Origin: Paraphysomonas bandaiensis
Taxonomy: Eukaryota; Protista; Chrysophyceae
NCBI GenBank assembly: GCA_965644295.1
Contig: CBFFRP010000069.1
Coordinates: forward strand, 186,001-250,000
DNA: 64,000 bases
Reading direction: 5' to 3'
Of the stretch, positions 1 through 12,944 are shown piece after piece. The position numbers and the translations under genes are program-made. Position 1 is the stretch's first letter; each line of letters opens with the position of its first letter. The notes beneath the pieces are model-generated. The model was not told the origin of the DNA. It saw only the letters and a program-made list of their open reading frames with translations, and made no database searches.

Positions 1-3000
1 GCAGAGGCAGCTACTTGGGATAATGAGGGTGTATTTGTGCGACTGGCGGAGGAGCTTGTTCATAAGCATGGTATTATATTTGTATCGTCAGCGGGCAATA
101 ATGGTCCTTGCCTCTCCACTGTGGGCGCTCCAGGTGGCACTTCCTCGTGCATGATATCTGTTGGCGCCCTGGTAACACAATCACTGATGAAAGCGGCGTA
201 CTCAATGAAGTCCTCTGTCCCTGACACTAATTTCACTTGGTCTTCGGTGGGCCCGGCTACCGATGGTGACATGGGTGTGACTGTACTTGCACCCGGTGGG
301 GCAATTACATGCGTTCCCAACTGGACACTTAACAAAACCCAGCTCATGAATGGGACCTCAATGAGCTCTCCTAATGCATGTGGGTGTATAGCTCTTCTTT
401 TATCTGCTGCGCATGCATCCAATATTCATGTTCCGGACACTCTTCCTGTCAGCCTTCTCTCCCCTGCTCGACTGCGTATGGCGATTGAGAATTCTGCGCT
501 TATGCTCTCACGAGATGCCGTCGATACCCTAGGACAGCATCATGGTGTTCTTCAGGTAGAGAATGCCTGGGAACATATCGTGAAGAATCAGTCGGACTCC
601 TCTGTGGACATCCCTCTCAGAGTAACAGTGAAATGTCAGCGTTTCAAGAGAGGCATTTACTTGCGACAGCCCTCCGAAGTGGCCACTGCTCAGACTTTTG
701 TTGTACAAGTGGACCCTATCTTTCACGAAAATGAGACGGCTGACACCAAAATACACTACGAGATGCGTCTTCACGTGGAGTCTTCTGCCTCCTGGGTGAC
801 ATGTCCGGAGTACATGTTGCTAGCGCAGAGTGGGAAGGTCATGAAGATAAGTGTCGATCCTACAGGTCTCCCTGTCGGAGAGCACTTCGTTGAGTTCGTT
901 CGTGGGTATGATGAGAATAACCGGGAGAAAGGTCCTGTTTTTGAAGTGCCTATAACAGTAATAATGCCGGAGGTGGTGCCTGCCCTCTCAAAAGAGCTCC
1001 GGTTAGGCGTTATCGAACTTCCTGAGACACAGAGACTGAGGAAGTTTATTGTCCCCCCCCAGGGCTGCACATTCATCGATGTCATTATCACAGACGAGAG
1101 ACTTTCCATTAATCCAGCAGATGGTTGCGATGATGAAAGTGATCACACCTCAAAAGATTCATCAACACGGATGATTGTGATGCATGCATTACAGCTTATG
1201 CCAGGGCAGCCATACAGAGACAATGAGAAGCAGGTGAGCATATCTCTAGTACTCTGTCTAATCTAAAATATATATGTGATATACGCAGTCATATATAAAT
1301 CTGACTCCAGGCTCAACCCACTGCGTGTCTTTTTCTGTGACCGAAGGTGTTACTGTGGAAATGGTACTGGCTCGATTCTGGTCCACCCTTGGGGATGTGA
1401 AGGTCAATGTCGTACTGAACTTCCGAGGTGTAATTCCATCTGTAAATCCTCTTTGTATATCAAACGGTAATCAAGTTAGTGATTTGGTCACATTGGCGGC
1501 GGAGTTAGAGACTGTAAGTATTGATCCCACTTCTAAACTGGACAAGTGGCAGACAACTATTCAACCCCTCAAAAAAGGTGAGGTCACTTCACTCGGTGAA
1601 AGGGATGTGCTCCCGTCAGGGACACCATTGTACCAGCTATTACTCGAGTATAGTTTTAAACAACGTTCTAGTGGATCCATCACACCAAGATGGCCTGGAT
1701 TGAACGATATGCTTTACGAATCTCCTTTCCATGGTCAATTCTATATGATTTACGACAGTCGTAAGTGTTTGATTGGTACCGGCGATGCTTGGCCTCGTGC
1801 TGTTAGCATAAAAAAAGGCGATCATACTGTTCGCATTCAGATTCGTCACGAGTCCCCTAGTGTTCTGGAAGGATTGTCGCAGCTGCCAATGGTGCTAGAA
1901 CGGTCGCTCACTGGTAACGGCGTGCTGAAGCTAACTTGTCATAAGAGTAAAATGGACGCACTGCTTGACGTTGCTCTCCCGCAAATGGATATTTTACGCG
2001 GAACTTCACAGAGTTTAGTATGGAAGGCTCCAAGCCCGGAAAAATATCCCAAGGGAACTGCACCTGGCGATATATTTATTGGTACAGTCAATTATATGAA
2101 GAGCAGCTCAAATGCAAGTGGTTCGGGATGTAGGCCGGGTGGATTCAAAGTTCAGTTCATTGTCTCTTCAGTCCAACCGGAGAATGTATCCTCCAAAGCA
2201 GATTCTTCCAAAACCAATGCCAACAACGATACAGCTGAGGTGGATAAAGAGGTAGATAAGCTAAAGGAAGTGTCGCGTCAAGCACTTGTTCGGCACTTGG
2301 AAGGAATAGTGGGCAATGAGAAGAACTTTGACAGACTATACGAGGCAGTTCTTGCAGAATATCCAGATTATGTACCCTTGAGACTGCTTCGCTTATCGCA
2401 CCTGATGAAGGTATTTTATCGAGGAGATCAAGTAAACGATGTCCAGATTCGCTTAATGGAAGAAGCAATAATCTGTGCAGATGGAGTCGTGTCCCTCATT
2501 GACCAGAATGCAATAGCGTTGGAATTGGGAACATGCGTTGGTGATGATGGTGCTGCTAAAGCTCGGAGACGGGAGGTAGAAAAACAGCGTGACCATCTGG
2601 TATCTGCCCTCTCTTTGAAGTGTCACGCTTTGATTAACATTGCCGGCATCCAAAACTGCGTTTCCGGTGGTGTTGAGTCCGTCTCTGATGTTGATTCAAC
2701 GTTTGATTCTACCTATAAGGAACTCAAACGATGGGAAAACCCTGCCACGACTGATTCGAATTGGAGACTACACGTACATTCATTGAAACTATCGAAACGG
2801 TATGGTTATGCATTGTCTCCATATTGTTTAACTTTTAAGCTTGTAGGTTCGGTGAGGCATTAAAGCGGATCAATGATTTAATCGCGAAACCTCTCACAAC
2901 AGACTCGTATGGTCCTTCTGATACTCTTAAATATTTAGAGAAGGTGGGCTGTTGTATGGCTTGAAGTATCATAAGCCTAATTTTATACTTTACAGGAACG

Positions 3001-3097
3001 CTCAAGCTTGGTGCGTGACCTCGGTTGGGATCATATATCTCGCTATTTGAGTGCTCGTGCGATACTGTCATCGGTGGACCAGTATCTTCCGTTTTAG
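1..3097 (+). CDS. TPP2: Tripeptidyl-peptidase II (subtilase S8), 5' end outside window; exons approx <1-1233, 1289-2799, 2847-2943, 2996-3097
   Basis: SAGNNGP, 'TWSS.GP..DG..GV...APGGAI..VP.WTL...QLMNGTSMSSPNA' catalytic Ser region typical of TPPII; 'LYESPF..QF.MI.D' C-terminal motif; GT-AG introns join the ORF-track frames. Confidence 0.95.
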
Positions 3098-3465
3098 AAA
3101 ATACATTCGAAGCAACGAAGTTGTGAAGACTGCAGAGTGTTTAGATCGTGCTCAACTGTTTGGTTACATTCTGTTTGTCACTTAATTAAATAGCAGTGAT
3201 ATATGCTTTATTATACAAATCATCATCTTACCTGAGTGTTAGTATATAAAGATCTGATTATTACAGGAGAGAACTACTTTTTGTTTAGCTACCTGAGTGT
3301 TAGAGATGTAGTTATTGTTAGTACAGCATATGTTCAGATTTACCTCTTTCACGACAAGAAATAATCATTGAAGAATTTTATACTCCAATTCAGATATTCC
3401 TATTTCAATTATCTATCGCCAAGATGTTAAACAAAATACTCATACATTCTTGTGGGCAAGTAAAT

Positions 3466-4027
3466 GGGATCTATTATTCAACATAGTCACACCAAAATTG
3501 GTGTAAAAAACTAGTCACGATATATCACACGAACTGCAAATCCTTTTGGTTTCGTAACTAATCATTTGAGTGTGTTGCTTTGTGTGTGAGGTCGCTGGAT
3601 GTTGTTGTCATATCTGTGCATTGTAATTGATATAATATAGGTGACACTGATAACCCCCCAGACGGCAAGATTTCATGACGTTTGGTTCAACTTGAAGAAT
3701 ATATGGATATTCTGTTCAGAGAAAGAAGAAGAGATTATTCCTGTTAATGCTACTTGAGCGGTGGAGTCCTGTCTATGCTACTATGAAGTATCTCTTTTTC
3801 TATACTCTAACTCTGCTTTGACCTGATCTATGCTGCGTTGGTTTAACTTTACCTGCTGTGTGACTTTATCGCTCTATAATGCGTAGTTATATGCGGGTAC
3901 ATTTTAGGACTAGGTTTATAACTAAAAATGACTAGGTTGAGTCATTTATTACTTTGACTAGGTTATTTCACCAAAAATAGTGTGACTAGGTAATTCAACC
4001 AATTTGACTAGGTTGAATAATATTCCC
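3466..4027. mobile_element. Non-autonomous TIR element (MULE-like MITE)
   Basis: Imperfect ~23-bp TIRs GGGATCTATTATTCAACATAGTCA / TGACTAGGTTGAATAATATTCCC; subterminal TGACTAGGT repeats (3907-4012); imperfect 9-bp TSD caagtaaat / tcagtaaat. Confidence 0.7.
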
Positions 4028-4070
4028 TCAGTAAATGCTGTAGTTTATACTTTGAGGTTATGATATAGTA

Positions 4071-4532
4071 GTGAATGTCTGATTATTTAGCAATAGGCGT
4101 TGAGACCTTGCATCAATTAGTGGCTAGAAGAATGCTAGTCATACTAGTTAGACCACTACCCGTAACTAATCAATACAAACTCTTTTATCCTACTATTTAA
4201 CGCTACGAAAGCTGCTTGTGCGTCGCCGCAAGCACCAAGGTGCAACCACTTCCGTTCGGTTATGATATATATATAACCGCGGTGAAGAATACAGTAGATA
4301 AAGACGTCTACACAAGTGACACTTATATGTGTCCCTTGTACCACACAAGCATTTGGCTATGGGTAGGTAGAAAATTATCTGCTGGCCACAAATGCGGCTG
4401 ATTGTACTGCAGTACTGCTCAGTACTCGTACTCCACTACTAGGAATTCCTACTCCCGAATAACAATGTTATAGTTTCCCGGAGAAATATCTATGGTACTT
4501 ATCCCCCAGAACACCACGAAAAGGTGCGAGGC
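4071..4532 (-). mobile_element. Dispersed SINE-like repeat, copy A (diverged)
   Basis: Reverse complement aligns to 12945-13466 (ctcgcaccttttcgtggtgttctgggggataagtacc ... aacgcctattgcta). Confidence 0.8.
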
Positions 4533-5841
4533 TGTCTTTATTTTTTATTAATGGTATGTGTTAATTTATATTATGAGTTTAGCTAAGTACCTCTAAAGGT
4601 CAAAATTTACACTATATCTCTCAGCGGTACAACATGAGCATACCAGAGTATTTACTCAGCTCAACGAGATAACACACATTGCAGCAGTATAACTGTGTAC
4701 AACATATAATCATCACAGAACTAATTCACGCAACACATAATACATATATGCATAACTTAACACATATACATACATATAGAGGGATGGATCTTCAGAGTCA
4801 GTATCTTCTGGTGCTATTATGGTGACATTGTTGATGACAGTGAGGAGTGCTCAAGAGGTGTGGTTTATCGGATGAGGTGCTCATTGTTGTGTGAATCACA
4901 CTTCCTGAGCACACAGACAGACACACACATACATCCGAATGCTGCAGAGGTCATACCACTCTCAGATAACACTCTTACTATGTCATCTTCCAGATAGAAC
5001 ACTTCCTACTCCCCTGCTTTGATCCCACCTCAACTTTCTACCGCTCCTCCTGGTGTGATCGATCCTCCTGTGCCTTCGGTAGTTCCCGGGCCATCTGCAC
5101 CTTCGGTCACTCTCCTTGGGGTTGCTAACAATACTCCTGCTGCTGGTATGTATCACGATACACGATCTCGTATATTCCACTTCATTTATGTATATATATA
5201 TATATGTCTATAGTACAATATCAGAATGATTGATTGCGTAGATTACATGCTGCAGAAGAAAGGACTGCCACTACGAAATCTTTGTTTCAAATGCATTTCA
5301 TGTAAGCATTTAACCTGCTAGAAACTATACTGTGTTTAATTTATAGTAATATATTTAAAGTAATATAATATATAGTATCTAATTATTATGTGTTGTCACT
5401 TCTGCTTCCAGTGAGCCCATACTGGCTGGATGCATCATGCACTTCAAATAAAACTAGAGGAATCACGGGTGATGTGTATGGCTATGCAGGAGGAGATTAA
5501 GAGAATGAAATCTACTGCGTCACCCCCACCGAATCCGCCTGCACTTGCACCATCTGCACCTCTCTTCTACCAGCTAAAATTCGACATGAACATCCAGCCG
5601 TCGTTTCTTCTACTCTCGTCGCTTATTATTATTAACTTGTACTGCTATTTTTATCTACTTCTGTAGAAATTTAACACTTTTATAGCAGTTTAAGTTAATA
5701 ATAATTGCGTTGACAACTCACACCTGTGTAATTGTTTTAACACATAACAACGTTACTTTAGTATCTACTATCCACCTACAAAACATGGTAAAATCACTTT
5801 ACCAGGTTTGGGCATCACATCGACTTTGAGCGAATACTCTA

Positions 5842-6215
5842 TTAAAAGTCTTATTATTAGCAATAGGCGTTGAGAACCTGCACCAACTTAGTTGCTAGAT
5901 GACTGCTAGACAAACTAGTTAGACCTACTTCCGCTCTGAGTTCTTAAGGTGAACCTCCCGGATGCTTGACTTCAGGCAGCCCAATACCCCGGTTACCCTT
6001 CAGGTGGGCCAATTCCCGGATGCCTGTTTATTCGTCAGAGGGCCCAAAGACGTCTACACAAGTGACACTTATTGGTGTCCCTTGTAACGCACAAGCATTC
6101 GGCTATGAGTGGGCAGAAGAATATCTACTGACTATATGTTTGCGGCTCACGTTAGTTTCCCAGAGAGAATCTCTCCGGTACTTATCCCCCAGAACACCAC
6201 GAAAAGGTGCGAGTC
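5842..6215 (-). mobile_element. Dispersed SINE-like repeat, copy B (internal deletion) with perfect 11-bp TSD
   Basis: TSD cgaatactcta at 5831-5841 and 6216-6226; high similarity to copy D. Confidence 0.85.
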
Positions 6216-6613
6216 CGAATACTCTAGTATAAGATATGTGTGACATGACGTGTATTGGTTATGTGATGCCTATATATATGCTGTACACAGTTATACTGCT
6301 ATATTTTGTGTGTGTACTTTCGTGTAGCTGAGTGAATACTCTTGTATGCTCAGGTTGTACCGCCGAGAGATAGTAGTGTATGACTTGTATTGGTTGAGTG
6401 ATGGATATATTGAACATAGTGAATATAGTCTAGTATAGGATTTGTGTGACGCGACGTGTATTGGCATTTTATTATGGCTATTAGTAGTAGTACTAGGGCA
6501 GACAACGTAGTTACTGGTAGAAGGAAACGTGCTGTTGGTGTGGTCTATAAGACCTAAATATTAATTCAAATATTTATTAACACTATACTATTGCATTCAA
6601 GCACGTTTAGAAC

Positions 6614-6717
6614 CACACAAGCATTAGCTATGAATGGGCAGAACAATATCTACTGACTATACATATGAGGCTCTCGTTAGTTTCCCGGAGGAATCTCTCC
6701 GGTACTTATTCCCCAGC
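6614..6717 (-). mobile_element. SINE-like repeat fragment, copy C
   Basis: cacacaagcatt...gggcagaa...gttagtttcccggag...ccggtacttattcccc matches the 5' part of the family. Confidence 0.7.
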
Positions 6718-7284
6718 AGATCATCACGTTATGTTATGGGTGGATTAAGAAAGATATGGTTAAGGAAGAAAACCCAAAATCATCTGGGACAGGAGAAACT
6801 AGTGCGCCCATCTGATAATTCAGCGGTACCAGTGCATCGTTTACGTCTTCGAAGCGGTGCAGTCTGCTGCGTTAGCGCTTGTGGTAGTGTATCAATACTT
6901 TTGGAATGAGATTTGTTTCCTCAATGAGAAGGAAATTTTAATCTATGTCATGAGAGTCACAGGTCACAGTGTACCAATAACTAAAATCATTGATTTATAA
7001 TTTATAACCGACTTTGTTGAAGGAGGTAAGCTGCAATGGTGAGAATCGCAGCTTCAACTGAGTGTTGGCCTATACAATGTTTGTGCTATAGTTTGGCTAA
7101 TTGGACAAGTTTCAAACTTGACTATTGACTACAGTGATGCTCAAAGAGACAATTGAATATAAACTTTTAGGGGTCAGGAGGACGTCGAATTGATTTCTGA
7201 TGTCACTATTTTATTATACTGAGTAGTATACGTTTGAGAAAGTTGTAACACAATGACATAAAGATATATACACCGAAAATATCA

Positions 7285-8886
7285 CTATGAACTACATTTT
7301 CTGGATACAAGGCGTCTATAACGTCTACACTCAACTATAGTACCGTAGAGAAGTGGCACTGCAACTGGAAGCCAGAACGGAAGAAGAAGGGCAGAGAGGA
7401 ATTCTGGACCATCTCGTGGATTCTCAATATCGACGGGGTCATACAACACCTTCCTAGCATTATTACACGCCTCTGTCAAGAAATCTACTGCACAGTTCAG
7501 CACAGACAAACGGCTAACATTTTCAACCACAGATAGAGATGTTTCCCCCAACGAACCGCTCCAACATTGCTGTGCTTTTTCCAATTGAGATACCGCGGCG
7601 TCTACACGTGAAAGATAACTGGACGACCGATGGAAGAAATGTGTCTGCTCCAATGTATGAATGTCATGGAGAGTTTTAACAGTTTTATTATGCAAAAATA
7701 CTGCCCAGACGAGCTTCAAAATGGAGGTCTCCATACTAGACACAACAACTGGAGAAGTGGTGCATATATCAGGGTCTGCCCCAATAACGTCTCCGCGTAC
7801 CTGCACACATCGTGCACCGGTGGCGTTCCATAAACTTGACTTCATGTACGAATCCGATAGGCCAACAGAACGTCGCACCAATATGACAAGCGAATGTGCG
7901 AGACGTTTGGATGCTTGTTCCATATACACCCCTCCAGTTGATAAGAGCCCAGCATCAAGAACCACAATGTTTCCCTCCCCATCAATTGGGTTACCCTTTT
8001 CCTCTGAATCCTGAACGAGCACCGTTAAAGATATCGTACTCGAAATACTACTGTCAACTAAGCTCTGTAGTCGTTTGTAATCCTCGTAGGTGGTATGGGT
8101 CACGGAAATTGTAAACTCGAAAGCCATGATATCCCGAAGAGAGGCCAACGCATCGAGAGCCACCAGGACAGCCTTATCAACTATAACCTCCACATCATTA
8201 GGCTGAATTCTACCACTTGATAACAAAACAGAGATATCCAAGGACAAAGACCGAACTCCACAGATATCTCCGCAGTTTGTGGCAACGTCCCGTGCAGTAC
8301 TCCACAAAAATTTGTTGATATTGCTGCTGACAGTCGACACAGACTCCTGCCATACAAAAAGTACACTAGGAGCATACTTGTCACGCCATATCGTAACATT
8401 CTTATTCAAATTAGAGTTCCCACATATATAACCACTATAGGTATCATTACCATTGACACCATCACCACACACATCGCTATACACATCAGCATCACTATAC
8501 ATACCACTATCAGCATCACTATCAGTATTACTATCATCAGCATCACTATCACTATCATCAGTATTACTATCAGCATCACTATCAGCATACATACCACTAT
8601 AAGTAACCAAACAACTACACTGATAATCTACTTCCATCTTCTCACTATGACTATCAGATAATTCATATCTCAAACATCTATGACAAGAAAACAAATCAAT
8701 TGTATGATTTCTATCAACTAATCTATATGTATCTAGTGTATGAGAGTGTTGTAATGTAGGAGTGTAGAGTGTATGATGGTTGTATGTATCTATCCAGTTG
8801 ATATCGAGGATAATGTAACAGATAAATGATAAGATGATAGATGAGAATACAATGATTAATTGAGAGATGAGTCTACTACCAGCCAT
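7285..8886 (-). CDS. PIGS: Probable GPI transamidase subunit PIG-S/Gpi17 (single exon, 533 aa)
   Basis: N-terminal TM helix, long luminal region, C-terminal 'YDP...EFLSALLLPFWLPVAVPLL' resembling the PIG-S C-terminal TM signature, followed by a basic tail. Confidence 0.6.
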   Translation of the reverse strand: MAGSRLISQLIIVFSSIILSFICYIILDINWIDTYNHHTLYTPTLQHSHTLDTYRLVDRNHTIDLFSCHRCLRYELSDSHSEKMEVDYQCSCLVTYSGMYADSDADSNTDDSDSDADDSNTDSDADSGMYSDADVYSDVCGDGVNGNDTYSGYICGNSNLNKNVTIWRDKYAPSVLFVWQESVSTVSSNINKFLWSTARDVATNCGDICGVRSLSLDISVLLSSGRIQPNDVEVIVDKAVLVALDALASLRDIMAFEFTISVTHTTYEDYKRLQSLVDSSISSTISLTVLVQDSEEKGNPIDGEGNIVVLDAGLLSTGGVYMEQASKRLAHSLVILVRRSVGLSDSYMKSSLWNATGARCVQVRGDVIGADPDICTTSPVVVSSMETSILKLVWAVFLHNKTVKTLHDIHTLEQTHFFHRSSSYLSRVDAAVSQLEKAQQCWSGSLGETSLSVVENVSRLSVLNCAVDFLTEACNNARKVLYDPVDIENPRDGPEFLSALLLPFWLPVAVPLLYGTIVECRRYRRLVSRKCSS

Positions 8887-9125
8887 AGTGAAGGAAGAAG
8901 ACAGAGAGGGAGGTGGGGTGGTTAAGGCTGATATATATATATATGTGTGTATATATCTGTGTATGTGTATATATCTGTGTATGTGTATATATCTGTGTAT
9001 GTGTATGTGTGTATATATGTATGTGTGTGTAAGCAGTTTGATACATACACACTGTATGTGTCTAGATTTAAATATATTACATATATATTATGTATTATCA
9101 TCAGGATAAAATATCAGTGGTGTGT

Positions 9126-9197
9126 GCCTTGATAGCTTAGTGGTAGAGCACTGCACTTGTAATGCAGAGGTCCAGGGTTCGACTCCCTGTTAAGGCT
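9126..9197 (+). tRNA. tRNA-Thr (UGU)
   Basis: Acceptor GCCTTGA/TTAAGGC, D arm tagcttagtggtagagc, anticodon stem ctgca-ctTGTaa-tgcag, T arm GGTTCGACTCC, followed by a T-run Pol III terminator. Confidence 0.95.
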
Positions 9198-9232
9198 TTT
9201 TTGGGGTTTAGTATTTTTTTGCAGCACCTTTC

Positions 9233-9466
9233 CCAATCAATTACCTTTATCACCACTTCCCATCTCATGATTGGTTACCTACTCACCAATCAATTACTTT
9301 TATTACTACTTCCCATCAAATGATTGGTAACACTCTCTTTCTCTAACTCCTTCCCTCTTCACTAATCAATATCCTCTATTACCTCTTCCTATCTAATGAT
9401 TGGTTCTTATACATTCACATCTAACCAATCACTTATATCCCTTTCTATTTCCTATCCTCTAATAGG
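9233..9466. promoter_or_regulatory. Array of four 42-bp CCAATCA-N28-TGATTGG units (paired CCAAT boxes)
   Basis: Units at 9233-9274, 9286-9327, 9362-9403 (ctaatca), 9425-9466 (taatagg); shared internal TTCCYATC; regulatory role is inferred. Confidence 0.5.
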
Positions 9467-9669
9467 CTCCCATCCTAACTCCCTCATATCATCCCTCCTA
9501 CCTTAAGAGTTGCATAAACTCATACAATATTCGCATTAAAGCATATTGAATCCCATATCCCTCATATACACTATTTCAACATGTCAATTGATTATTTCTT
9601 ACAATACAAATCATTTTATCAATATTTATATTATAAAAAATCATTTCATTACTCATCTCTATCATATAT

Positions 9670-11200
9670 ATGGTGCATACAGTATCTATATCTCATTTAC
9701 CTGATGAACTCTGTATATACATTATATCATACTTTACATTCAATGAAATCTTCATATTTTCAAATGTTTCATATCATTTTTATCATCTCATTCATTCACA
9801 TACTTATCTTCATTATAATTTATTGATTTATTTCATACGGAAATGTTTCTTTTCTTCTATTCGACTGTATAATTCAATTGATTTTTATTTCAATTCATCT
9901 AATGGGAAAACAGCTATTGATAATATATTCATTTTATATGCAAGTATTCCATGCTGGCCGAGATTTATTGATTTAGATATCACTAAAACTTGTAGGGGTC
10001 CGGATCATATATATCGCGTTCATGTAGATTCTACAATTGATGACGATGATGAGTGGGTGGCGTATACTGGAGCTCTGGGAGAATCTTTTCGATCAATTGT
10101 GACCAACAACTGTTTCCCATATTTCTCGAGCTCTCAGGGTTGCTGCTATGATGATTCCTCAACTGACAAATATTTTTCAGTTTGTCCTTTTACTCGAGTA
10201 ATTTGTTCTCCTAGAACTAGTTCTTCCAAGAAGGGCCTTCCAGATATCGGACATATCTCTCTCTCATGCGTAGCATATTTTGAGGCTACAATACATCCTT
10301 CCATTAATCTGGAGAGAGTTCTACACGCCCACCGTGATAATACTATGTCCCCACAGGTCTTTTGTATTGGACTGTCTTGCCCACCTTTTTCCCTTCGTGG
10401 TCGACTTCCAGGCTTCGATACTTTTTCCTTGGGGTATATTAGTGACGGAGGGTTATTTTATCAAGGAGGAATCGGTCAAGAATTCGGAGCTTCTTCGTAT
10501 GGGCCAGGAGACACGGTAGGTTGTGGAATAATTTATCCATCGCCTAGCACAAGTGGAGTGGGAAAGATTTTCTTCACAAGGAATGGCGTAATTCAAGGAA
10601 TTCCTCTGAATGTTCTCAACAGCAGTTTCTTTCAAATATCCTGGTTTCCAACCATGGTACGATACTGGTTGAATTTTCCTGTAATGTATTATGTCTGCCT
10701 AAAATATGTATGTTTTCTATGTATTTTGTAGGGACTGGACTCTCACTACCCAGTACGCATGAATTTCGGACAGAAGCCTTTTGTGTTCGATGTACTTTCT
10801 TTTGAGAAAAATCTTTATCACGAACAAGTTCTCTACCCTAATCCATGCGTCTGCTCATCTGGCTGCACCACGTGTGCTCACAGAATAGGGCATCGTATTC
10901 CCCTTTCTTACCCCGCGGCAGTCATAGCAAAATCACTATTAAATGGAGGACATCCAGCTCATACCAATTCGTCGTTTTCATGCGTATTTTTTTTTCATCG
11001 CACACTTCGAATTATCAACTCTGAGTTGTATAAGTCTCAGGTATATGTGCGCATGATTTTGAATATTATATGTTGGTGTAATTGACACAATTGGTGATTT
11101 TATTTTACTATATACGATGTGAATACTTTCATGCTCTTGTGTTCAGAACGTGCAACCGATAGAAAACAGAAGTCTTGAAGACAGACAACTCGTGCATTAA
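9670..11200 (+). CDS. F-box + SPRY (RanBPM-like) domain protein; exons approx 9670-10656, 10732-11040, 11147-11200
   Basis: F-box 'HLPDELCIYIISYF'; SPRY 'YFEATI..IGL..LPG..SLGY.SDG..YGPGDTVGCG..IFFTRNG..FPTM/GL..NFGQKPFVFD'; last exon uncertain. Confidence 0.8.
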
Positions 11201-11664
11201 CGCTACAAACTTTGCTTGTAGCATATCAGTTTTTGCTTACAAAAACTTCCAGCAGAAGTTATTAGTTGAAAGCATTTGTTATTGTATGTCGAGCATGTCC
11301 ACATGCCAATGTTTCCTAATATCAGCTACATTTTGTTACACATTATATACTGCACTTCCTCCGATCACTTGATATTTTCAGCGGAGAATCACCGTTGTTT
11401 AATGAAACCGATTGTGTAATAACTGTCACTGTGTGATCAGTTTGATACCACAAGTGATTCTGAAATCTGGTTGCAACATTGTCATGAAATTGACAATTTG
11501 ATTCGATATCACGGCCTTTACCAAAGAAGCGATTTTAATATCTTCTGTGTTGTCTCCGCAGCAGGGATAAGTTGTGAATGACTTATCATTATAAGAAATA
11601 GGCTTATAAGAGTCAGAACTAATGTAGCAATTTTTTTTAACTAACCAGCGCTTAACTCTGATAT

Positions 11665-11897
11665 CCTACTCTTTACTCTTTAATACTACGAAACCTGCTT
11701 GTGAGTCACCGCGACAGCAAGGTGCAACCACTCTCGCTCTCTGGCCATAAGGTGGGCCCATTCCCGGATGCTTGACTTCAGCAGGCAGCCGAATACCCCG
11801 GGTGCCCTTCAGGTGGGCCCTGTCCCGGATGCCTGTTTATTCGTTTATTCCTCATCAAGGCCCAAAAACATCTACACAAGCATTTGGATATGAGTGC
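11665..11897 (-). mobile_element. SINE-like repeat fragment, copy E (internal part, lacks the 5' structured head)
   Basis: cccggatgcttgacttca..ggcagcc.aataccccgg...gcctgtttattcg matches copies B and D. Confidence 0.75.
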
Positions 11898-12944
11898 CCT
11901 CAGCGACATGTATGTGTAACACATATATTTAATCAATAAATGTAAGCGATATATATACTCAGGTACATAGCGACAATACTTACGATATCAAATATAATGA
12001 TGGACAGTATGACAACAACCTAGCGGCAAGTTACTTGAGGCACATAAAGGTTAGTATATATATAATAATATGATTATTATGTAAACGTTATAATATATTA
12101 TATATTATACAGTAACTTCGTCAAAGAAAAGGACTAAAAAACAGCAATGGGAAATAGTGACAGAGCCTACAACCGAATGGGTGGATCAAGGCGCTCTCTC
12201 ATCTGAGAATGTTGTGACCGGAAAACGTCGACGTAGTAGTGGGGTATCGTACAAAGAATAGCTTTATATTATGCTTGACGGAATAGCTTGAACTGTATAA
12301 TATATGTGTGTAGTCGGTGACTTTTATTGCTGTAAAACTGAAGTAATATGGAAGAAATTAGTAAAAAATATTATAAATAATACTTTTACACTGTTATTAA
12401 CTTCATAGTTACTTATTGTGCATAGTTATACCCTTTTCCGACCATCACCAAAAATTTCACCAGGTTTTACATCAAAACCCAGGTTTTGGTATTACCTCGA
12501 CTTCTTCTGGCCATGCATAACATGCGCCAGGACTTACATCGTATTCAGCGTGCACAAGAGACAGAGGAGGAGTTGTTACTGTACAGGTATGCAGTATTCG
12601 GTAATGGTAAGATTTAGTTGTTACTGCTTAAAGCTTTAGTAGCACAACTATATAATGTTCTCTATAATATGATAGCTATAATAAGTCAAATAACACACTT
12701 AAAGCTATCTATTGCCACTCTGAACCATAAACAATCACTTCATAAACTCAAGTTACACACTGTTACACAAGTGATGATGATGTCACCGATGATGGCTCAG
12801 AGCATGAGTATGAGAAAACTTTTAATCAGTTAAGAGTAGTGGGTCTGATTAGCAAGTGACCTTAGACCTTATAATGACAAGTACTAACAACTACGGATGT
12901 GTTTACTTACTGATTAGTCATACTAATATATTGCAATAGTATTG

